Part shown: piece after piece, positions 54,809 through 64,000 of the stretch
How the letters are laid out: every line of letters starts with the position of its first letter
How positions within the stretch are numbered: the first letter of the stretch is position 1
Assembly: GCA_021613535.1 (NCBI GenBank)
Contig: CP075492.1
Coordinates: 9,982,001-10,046,000 of the forward strand
Direction: 5' to 3'
Length of the DNA: 64,000 nucleotides
Source of the DNA: Adineta vaga
Taxonomy: Eukaryota; Animalia; Rotifera
Program-made: the position numbers and the translations under genes
Notes under the pieces: model-generated
Told to the model about the DNA's origin: nothing
The model's database searches: none
Seen by the model: only the letters and a program-made list of their open reading frames with translations

Positions 54809-57800
54809 TTATTGAGATGCTGTTGCTGTTTCTCTTGGACGATCATGATAAGAATTTAAATTTGTTGACGAAGGTAAACTTAAATGAATGAAGAAAAACA
54901 AAATGAAATGAATTTTCAATAAAGTTGACTTACTGTAGATCATTATGACCATTAGTCGTTGTATTAATTCTTGAAGTTTCGTGATGATCAACATTTGAAA
55001 GATTGTTTGATGTTGATGATAGTCCAATCGATACGGATTCTTCGATCATACTTTCAGTCATTATCTGTGATGCTGTCATACTTGTTTGTACTAAATTATC
55101 GGTTGATCGAGTATTTCGTGCTTTATTCAGGAGACTTTGTATTAATGGTGATTTAAATCTATAGAAATAATAAAGAATTTTCAAATGATATTGAATTGTT
55201 TTCTTCAATAAGACATTACTTTGATGTATCAATGGTACTTGTGGTAAGAGTTGATGATACCATTGGATCATGATTGAGTAAGAAATTGTCGGTGGATGCA
55301 GATGTAGGAAAGTGAGTATCTGATATAGAATGTGGTAACGAAGATTTGATCATACCGGTTGGAGATGAGATATTATTGCTTTGATCATGTCCATTTATTT
55401 GTTCGACGGCTGGTTTATTTGAATTGTTTTCCTGCTAGATGAGAATAGAAGACTTTTCAAATCTTGTATCAACGAAAAATACTATGTACGAAACAATTAT
55501 TTAGAATGTTTAGCTAAGTTTATTAGTAATAGATTTTGTTTAGTATTATTGTAAATCATGATTCTTGAAGAAGGTTAAAGTTTTAATCTTGTTCTTAGAT
55601 GGAAGAGAGAATCTATCTATTCATTCTGTTTAAACTTTTAATCCTCTGATTTAGAAAAGAGTTAAGCTTTTTTCATTCAGTTTTAATCTAGAAAAATTAC
55701 TTTAGAAGTTGGAGAAACCTGTCTTGTACGTCTCATAATTAAATCGAGCCGTTTTTTCCGTTCATTTCTTTCTTCTTCTTCTTTTTTAGCTCGTTCTTGT
55801 CGTTCACGATTTAAACGTTCAGTTTCTTCAGCTTGCTTTCTTTCTAATTCTTCACGTTGCTGTTGTAAACGTTGTTCTTCTTGTCGTTTTAATTCATTTT
55901 CACGTTCTCGTTCTTCAATAGCACGTTGTAAACGTTCTTGTTCAGCGCGACGTTGTTCTTCAACAAATCGTATTTGTTCTTGTTCACGTTCAAATTCTTC
56001 TAATTCTAATTGACGTTTTTGTTCCTCTTCACGCTGACGCTCTAATTCTAAACGTTGTTGTGCTTCACGAATTTTTTGATTTAATTTACGTTGATATTCT
56101 TGTTCATCCATCGTTGGTTGTTCTCGTTTGATAGGATTAATCGGCTCAGAAATTGTATCTGAATCAATTGGTTCAGAAGAGTTTTCTTCATTCACCGGTA
56201 GAATTTCTTCTTCATGATTTGTGGACACTAATGGATTTTCAGATGTTAATTTTAATTTTGATGGTGATTCTGTTCTTGGTGCTACTGGTATTGTTGTTGA
56301 TGTCACAGGACGACGTTTAGTCATTGTTGCTGTTGCGGATGATAGTGACGAAGATGAATGTGAAGTAGTCATCAGAGAACGTTGTGTAGGAGCACGAGAC
56401 TGAGATGCAGTATGCGGAAGTGGTTTTGTTGAAGATGGTGGCATTTTAGATTGAGTTGTAGCACGATGTGAGACTGATTTCTGTGTTGATGTATGATCAG
56501 ATCTATGAATATCATCTGCTGTTGGAGATGTTCGAGATTCATTAGTGGAAGTTGGTACAGTTGCTGGACGTGAAGGCTGACGCTACAAATAAATTGGGGC
56601 ATGTATGTATTTTATAATCGATTTCTTATGTACATACCCTTCGAGTATTTGAAGAACTTGTAGAAATCGATGATGTTGTTAAACGCAATTGATGACTCGA
56701 TCTTGACAATGGCATTCCATTAGAGTGTGCTGTTGCTGCTGCTGCTGCGGCTGATGTTGTCGTTGCACCAATATGTATTGATTGAGTCATAGGATTTACT
56801 TTAGGTTTAGCTAAACGACGAATAGTTTCATTTAGATGTTGACGATTTGTATTCGTTAATCGACGTTGAGATTCGCCATTTATCGGTACAGTAGGATTGA
56901 GTGCTTCTTCTCGAGCTAAATATAACAAAAAAAAGATAAGTTTAGAAAGGAATGAGAAAAATATTTTTTGTTAAGCAATATAATTGGTGATATATTGAAA
57001 GCCAAGCAAGAAAAATTAAGAAAAAAAGGAAACATGTATGCAACATGAACATGCCTACACCAAATTCAAACGAAAGCTGACAAAAAAAACTGAATTAGGG
57101 GAAAAGTTAGAATACCTCGAGCAGCTCGAGGGCACCGTTCAGCACTGTGACTTATACGTGATCGACATGTTGCTGTAAATGTCGAACGCATAAAATTTGA
57201 GCTATTATGGTTACGATTATCACCGGTCTTTAACCAATAAGCGTGAGACGTTGGCAGTGGTCGCTTTTGACTACGTGCCGATGAAATAGGCGTACCTGAA
57301 CTCTCGTCATTTGGCGAATGACTTTGATTTTCATCAATCGAATTAAGTTGATGGGAACTGATCACAACTACAAGTGGAGAGAGAAGAATGAAAGAAAGAA
57401 AGAAAGAAAGATAGAAAGCATAACTAAAAAACATCTTCGATGAACAAACATACTCTACACAAAGGATTACTAATAAAATTCTTACAAAAGAAAAAGAAGG
57501 AAAAGTCGTCATTTAAACTTACTATTTGAATTATCATCTGAAAAATCATGTAATTCTCGTCGGTTGTTCATATCTATTTAAATAGAAGCCATATTTTTTC
57601 TTTCAGTTCAATTTTCTTATATATATATATATATATATGAACATACCATGATGATTTGTACGTGAACGTGAAGCTGAAGTAGCACGCCGAGTGGAGAGTA
57701 CATCTGTCGACGCACTCATTACAGAATCAGGTTTATGTGGCACAGTAGTTGTTCTAAACGAGTAAATGATATTCTTAAATGAATTTAGTGTTCCAATGAT

Positions 57801-60800
57801 CTCTTGAATTACTTAAGATTCTGTTGAACTCGTTGTTCTCGTTCTTTTTCACGACGTAATAATTCATCAATTTTTGCCTAAAATAGAAAGATTCAACCTT
57901 ACAACAAAAAGCATGAATTCCAAAACTTCATTCGTACTTTAGCTTCTTCTTCGCGTTTTTTTCGTCGTTCTTCTACTTGTGATCGATGATCAGTATCACG
58001 ATTACGTAATTGTAACCATTTTTTTACTCGTTCTAATTGTTGTTGTTGCCTAAAAATAATAAGCATGATATATTAACATAGCTAAGCATTCTTTCGTATT
58101 TTCCGTATTTTTTTTCTCCTCATTTGTATCGAGCAATTTCTCGTAATGTTGTTCTTCCTATTCAATACGCATCAATCACTGAAAATAAGAAGCAACAATG
58201 GATTTTCTTCGCTTCATAGCTAATCCAGCAAAGAAATAAGAAAAAGTCTTTTCGTTCTGTGATTGAGAAATCTTTTATCGATAAGAAAGAAAAAGAAATG
58301 TTTTCGTCTCATTGTTCTAAGATAACGATGTCAAACTCGTCCCTAATGTCGATAACAACTAATGATTAAGCCTGCAGCTATTCAGAACAACTTGTAAACA
58401 ATCAATTGTTTGATCAATACAAATCAAAGTAAGATCTGCAGAAAATCCAATGAAACATCTAACGAATCGTTGTGAGCAATGAAGTATAAAGACAAAGTCT
58501 ACAAAATTATCATACAGTTCATTATTCGGTATAATCGCTCGTTAAAAAACTAAAGATTCGATTTCTTTTCTAATTGTTGACGTAAAGAAAAAGGTGAAAG
58601 ACGCATGATTAATTTTTCTTTAGAAATCATTAAAAAAAATTTCGAAATATTATGTAATATGGAATATCAGTAGGGAGTGTCATTAATAATCACTTACCAC
58701 TTTTGTTCTTTTTTTCGCAGCTGTTCTTGAAATTTTTGTAAACGTAATACTTCAGCTTCTTCTTTCTTTTGTTTCACTAATTTAATATGTTCATCGAGAG
58801 CAAGAGATCGAAGACCTAGAAATGAGAGTTTTAATGAAAGAAAATTGTTTTTCATCGAAGAAAAATTACCATTGGTTGTAGATTTTATTGTGGACATTTT
58901 ACTACTGACTTTTGATGTTTCTGCTGATGTTGGCCGTTCAGTTTTATTGGGACTATTATTATTATTATTATTATTGCTATTGTTATGATTTTGTTCACCG
59001 TGAGTCAAAGAATCCTGAGATATACTGTCTATAAATAAAAGAAAGAAAAATGTTTTATTATTAATGATTTATTATTATTGTGCTGATTTTATTTCCGATA
59101 CTAATCGCGCACTTATGAATATATATATATATATATGATTATATGTATACAATAAAAACGAGAGAATTCTTGAAATATAATCAACTCGTTCTAAACGATC
59201 AAAAAGGTGAGAAAGAAAAAAGGCATTCACACTCTCGTTCATTCTGCTTAACAACTGCCGCCGTCATGATGTCGACCATATTTTGTTGTATATTCTGTTT
59301 CCTCTTCATCATAATCGATACTATAAATTGATTTTTCACCACCACCACCGTCATAGATACTTTGAGTTGTACGACAATTATTTCCTGTTTCATCCATGTA
59401 GTATTCACTTGATTGATAATCAGGCATTGATGGTGAAGGTCGATGTTGACGACGTCGATGCCGACGATTCCCTATTGTACTTGTTGGCGTATTGGATGAT
59501 GTATGGGATTGTTGATGTGAATCACTTGGTGAACAAAATAATAGTTTACTAGCTTCACAACAGAATAGAAAGGCAACATTTGCATTCGTTTTTAAACGTT
59601 GAATGCAATTGGGTTGTTTAATTCTTAGACAATAGACTATAAGAATTAGAATTGTTAAAGAAACAAGTACAAGAAGAATAATAAGAAGAGTATTGGATGT
59701 TGATGATGATGATGATGATAAACGAACTTTTTGATCCGATGTTAGAACTGATGCCTGAGTTGCACTGACAAATGTTCGATTGTTTATTGATAAAGTTTGT
59801 TTTGAATTTGCTTGAGAATCAATATTCGCTAATGATAATATACGTAACCATTCTTCATCATCAGATGATGAAGTTGATGCACTTATTGTCTTGGACATTT
59901 CTGTAGTTGTAGTTGTTGCTATCGTCGTGGTAGTAGTTTTTGATCGTTTTGGTTTCTTGATTTTCGATGTTTTAACTACAATAGTAGTAGTTAAAGTCTC
60001 TTCTTCGATTACTTCTTCTGCTTCTTCTGCTTCTTCTTCTTCTTCTTCTTCTTCGTCTGGTGGTGGTTGTTCTTCACCAGTCTCTTCTTCGGTTATTTCT
60101 TCTTCATTATCAGCAATATTCGTCGTATCGTCCATTTCAACAGGATCTTCTTGTTTTACGACTGGTTGATGTCGAATCAAATCTAATCGACTCAATTTAC
60201 TTCCACGTTGCATACTAATTGTTGTTACTTTTCGTTTTTTTGTAACTAGTGGTATTGTTGTACTGGCAATCGTTGTTGTGGTTATTGGTGTTGGTATTGT
60301 TGTTTGTCGTCGTCCCCAATTACAAATAATTTGTACATGATGATCTTTTTTCATCGGACTAGCTTTTAATTCAAAATAAAAGAATAATTCTGAGAAAGGA
60401 TCATTTTTCACATAAGTTAAAGTAAAATTATGTGAACCAGAACCAAATAAAGCAATATTATTTGTCGGTAACATATCCATACATTTTCTTTCCGAACGAG
60501 AAATAGCAATTTCAAGAAATGTTGTTTTTTTACATTCAAGATCAAACGATGATTTTGGCAAAATCAAAGACTTTAATAATGCATGTTGACGATTCATTTC
60601 ACGAGCTTGTAGTAAAACTTGACCATTCGGTATTGATGAACGTACTTTACAATGACAACGATTATACGGTCGATCTTTTGAATAAGTATGACTTAAATGT
60701 ATCGTTGAACCTTCTTCTTTCCAAGTATCACAAATGTCTTTGGAATCAGGTATGCAACCAAAATTCACTTGAACATAATTAAAATCTGGACAACTTGGAA

Positions 60801-61949
60801 CGCCTGGTGTTGTGATCGATGATGAAAGCATCTCATTCTTTGTTAAATTAATTGAACATGTTTGTTTTCCATTACATGAAAGTATATTATGACTGGCACC
60901 TTCTTGTATACAATCATAGATACTAAAGTGACATTCTTGTAAAATAGTTTGTTTTGTATAACCATAGATGATTCGAACGATTTGAATATGTTCATATTGT
61001 GAACAACGAAGATTTAAATGAACAGCATTGGTTTGTTGTATACAGGCACTTTCGAAATGTAATGTCTCAACATTTGCATTTATGAAATGAATTGATGAAA
61101 AAGATAGGAAATGGAATACGATGAGTAGAAAGATCATGATTGAAGTTTAGATAGATTTATGCAAGTTATGAGAGACAACGACAACAAGTTGTATTTGTCA
61201 TTTTGTCGACAATCGACGACGGGACGAGGTCGGTGTGTTGACAAATAGATGAACATCAGAAGAAATAGACAAGAGAGATAGAGAGAAGAAATAGTTAATC
61301 TCGAGTAAAAAAAACGAATAAGATAAAACACTTTCACGTACTAAAAGGCAATCCTTTGATGGTGATTCTTATGCAACAATATACAGTCAATGGAATACCA
61401 CATTTCGAAAAGATACCTTTAATTGAAGGTCTTATTTCTTAACTAATTCTTTTGATAATATAAATTCAACATTAGAAGAAGAAAAAAAGAAGGAATTCTT
61501 ATGAACGTGTTTTACTTACGATTTAATTCACCTTGTTCGTCATTATTTTGTGGTAATTTGTCAATGTTCGTGTCGATTATATACACTGAATCTGTTGTTG
61601 AATCATTATCTGAGATCGGATAGGTATCTATATGTACATAGAAGAGAAGAAAAAAAAAAGAATGTAGGAGGTATATGCAAGGTGAATAAGAATATTTCTT
61701 TTCATTTTACCCCCTTCAATTATTCTTGTCATTGACAATGTAAGTCCTTCGACACAATCATTTGATGAAATTTCTATTAAAAAACGATGAAATTGCAAGT
61801 ATTCAAAATTTGATTTCTTTACCATGATGATCATTAGTTGGTATATTTATTAAATTTTCTTTTGTAAAGAAAGAAAGAAAGAGAGAGAGAAAAAGTTCAA
61901 AACCAATCATTGAACAAAATGAGATTTTATATTTACCTTGGTTTTCCAT
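54809..61949 (-). CDS. MAP7: MAP7/ensconsin-like microtubule-associated protein (multi-exon; probable first coding exon 61949-61937)
   Basis: N-terminal coiled coil (..RSQVEERRKKREEEAK..), IRRLAKP, C-terminal E/R/Q helix ending ERNERKKRLDLIMRRTR (MAP7 domain). Exon at 59028 needs a phase-1 partner, supplied by ATGGAAAACCAAG|GTAAAT. Confidence 0.78.
59248..61137 (-). CDS. Intronless type I membrane glycoprotein with N-terminal SUEL/rhamnose-binding lectin-like domain (629 aa), apparently nested in MAP7 intron 1
   Basis: Signal peptide; L.L.C.....IQI....YG...C...CNGKQ.C.I...CP...YVQV.F.C; second Cys-containing domain; Thr-rich and acidic stalk; TM LLIILLVLVSLTILILIVYC; Tyr-rich tail. Confidence 0.78.
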   Translation of the reverse strand: MIFLLIVFHFLSFSSIHFINANVETLHFESACIQQTNAVHLNLRCSQYEHIQIVRIIYGYTKQTILQECHFSIYDCIQEGASHNILSCNGKQTCSINLTKNEMLSSSITTPGVPSCPDFNYVQVNFGCIPDSKDICDTWKEEGSTIHLSHTYSKDRPYNRCHCKVRSSIPNGQVLLQAREMNRQHALLKSLILPKSSFDLECKKTTFLEIAISRSERKCMDMLPTNNIALFGSGSHNFTLTYVKNDPFSELFFYFELKASPMKKDHHVQIICNWGRRQTTIPTPITTTTIASTTIPLVTKKRKVTTISMQRGSKLSRLDLIRHQPVVKQEDPVEMDDTTNIADNEEEITEEETGEEQPPPDEEEEEEEEAEEAEEVIEEETLTTTIVVKTSKIKKPKRSKTTTTTIATTTTTEMSKTISASTSSSDDEEWLRILSLANIDSQANSKQTLSINNRTFVSATQASVLTSDQKVRLSSSSSSTSNTLLIILLVLVSLTILILIVYCLRIKQPNCIQRLKTNANVAFLFCCEASKLLFCSPSDSHQQSHTSSNTPTSTIGNRRHRRRQHRPSPSMPDYQSSEYYMDETGNNCRTTQSIYDGGGGEKSIYSIDYDEEETEYTTKYGRHHDGGSC

Positions 61950-62916
61950 TTTTCTTTTGTTCAAATCACTAGATAATGAAAGAAAAACATATTCATAGAG
62001 TTCATATTCATTAGTGAAGCAAAAGATATGATTACTCTTACTTTTTTTCCTTCGTCTTTATGCTTCGCTCGCTTACTCGCCGTCGTCTGTTCAACAGAGA
62101 GAGAGAGAGAGAAAGGGGAAAGAGAGAGAGCGTATGTGTGTCTCTTTACCTATATATAATCTAGAAAAAAAGAGAAGAAGAAGAAAAAGAACGAATAAGA
62201 AGGAAACGAACAACGACTCACACACAATGTGCTTCCTTTCTTCATCGTCTTTTGTATGTTACTGTGCTGAGAAAAGAGAAATGTTTCCATCCCAATGGCC
62301 CTCACACTCTATCAAGTATATGTGGAATCACGCGGAGAGAAAGGAAAGAAGAACAGCAACAACAGAAAAAAAAGTGCCAACGATGCCGGTGAGGCCAAAC
62401 ATTAGAAAAGCTTCGTCTTAACATGCGCTCAGTCAAATAACATTTGTGTTACTGTCAACGATAACAAAAAAAGAAATCAATTAGATTGAACTATTTTCAT
62501 AATGCACGTGTCACACATACCGACTAGTGATTAGAATGTCTGTCTATTGTCGAGTAAAATTTTCTAATGCATCTTTAAACTTTGCTCATAAACATAAATT
62601 AAAGATCATTAACGATAGATTTAACTATGATGAGAGTAGAACAGAGAAAAATCCATTGATCAAATCCATATATATTTATATATATATATACATATGCGTG
62701 TGTGTATATACATTTGATGTTAAATTCGATCGCGAGATGAAAGTCACACTAATCCTTCATTTTTCATTTATCTTGACTTTTGATATCAATAAAAAACGTA
62801 TCGTTCACAATGTCAAGCAATTTCATGTATATAATCTAAAACAAAACAAGAAAAAAAAACATTTTATATCGTTATTTCTTTTACATCACGGAAGAATATT
62901 TCTCTCTTTTTTTTCT

Positions 62917-63611
62917 TTATTCTTTTAATTTAAATATACGACATAAACCTTGCATATATGCACAAAGTAAATGTCGTTTATCTTTTGTAATGACCATATC
63001 CATTATTTCACAACCTTGACCACCACCACTTTTCCATTCTTTTAATGGTTCACCATTTCTTATGTCCATCAAACGAATATGACCATCAAGACATGCTGTA
63101 TATAAAAGATAACCTTCATTTAATAAACATTTAACAATACCACTTTGTAAATTTAATGTTGAACGTAATAATTTGGTATTGATATCCCATATATAGATAT
63201 AACCTGATAAAGTACCACATATTAGTAAATGGCCAGTACCAAATGTTACACTTTCGATAGTTGTTGCAGTTTCATCTTCATTCTCCTCCTCTTCCTCATC
63301 ATCAGCATTGTCGACGCCATCATTTCGGGATTCTCCTCCCGTCGAAGATTTTATTGATGATGGTTGAAAGCAAGCAAATGATGAAAGTAGTTTACCAGTG
63401 TTTAAATTAAGTACTCGACAGTTACCATCAGCTGAACCACAAGCTACTAATGTCTGTTCGTCATTCAAACACATTGAAATACATTTATTATTATTATTAT
63501 TTGTTGCGGCATCACCTTCAGCACTATTGTCATATTGCCAAACAATAGAACATTGTTTTAAATCCCATAATTTAATATGACCATTGCCATAGCCACAAAT
63601 ACACTGTTTAC
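62917..63611 (-). CDS. AAMP: AAMP/Sqt1-like WD40 protein, last exon (rest lies beyond the window)
   Basis: GKQCICGYGNG.IKLWDLKQ, GSADG.CRV...TGK, acidic loop then IES..F, G.L.G.I.IWD, GIV, YTACLDG.IRL.D.R.G, EIMD; acceptor at 63612. Confidence 0.8.
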
Positions 63612-64000
63612 CTAAAAATAGAATAGATTATTCAATAACATTCGACAGTATCGAGTTATAGAGTATAATATATTCATGAAATGAATACGTCGACGATAAA
63701 TTAAATAGATGACTTAGAAATAATATTTAGTGATGCAACATTGAACAATGCAACAGTCACTCGCGAAGTCCTTCGGACAAAATTCTGTTAATTTAAGTAA
63801 TAAAAACTAAACGATTTAGTTCTACTGATGATTAATGACATCGTCAATAGAATGTATCCTTCATCATCAAATGTGCTCAATCGACTCGAACTGCGCAGTT
63901 AATGATCTAACAAGAATACTATCAAACACCAATCCCGTAGATTGTGAAAAACAATACTCATTAGATTCCGACATATTGATATATACCATAAATGTCTGCT

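Noticed and set aside
63700-63860. Hairpins, a C(UUCG)G loop and CTGATGA...GAAT in the AAMP intron, suggesting a hammerhead ribozyme or snoRNA
   Set aside because: The GAAA core and stems I/III could not be assembled, and no consistent C/D or H/ACA layout was found.

Overview
AT-rich (roughly 30% GC by eye), gene-dense eukaryotic DNA with many ~50-60 nt GT-AG introns. Animal-type genes sit beside apparently non-metazoan ones, which best fits a bdelloid rotifer (inference, not verified). I hand-assembled about 26 protein-coding genes by checking splice phases: WDR20 (partial), tandem rhodanese, NDUFB11, Brat-like NHL-only protein, SEL1L, a Cys-rich secreted protein, an orphan, a divergent Rel-homology-like protein, a CCAP/NPS-type GPCR, TMEM26 with a nested antisense gene, ABHD16A, two PLC-delta-like paralogs, a fungal-type OLE1 desaturase-cytochrome b5 fusion, RanGAP1, MTIF3, FARS2, a YjlB-like cupin, MCAT, a DnaJ/DnaJ-X chaperone, a DUSP, a STRA6-family receptor, MAP7 with a nested SUEL-lectin membrane protein, and AAMP (partial). 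Top observations: (1) a signal peptide + C-type lectin + EGF ectodomain spliced in frame onto a STRA6-type channel; (2) TMEM26 with one shared N-half, two mutually exclusive duplicated C-halves, an 18-nt microexon and clustered RBFOX-type GCATG motifs; (3) a cryptic NF-kB/NFAT-like RHD protein ending in a KKRKRK NLS; (4) operon-like same-strand runs with splice acceptors directly before ATGs; (5) three HGT candidates; (6) an intronic H/ACA-like RNA and an intronic MITE. All family calls come from remembered motifs; no database searches were run.
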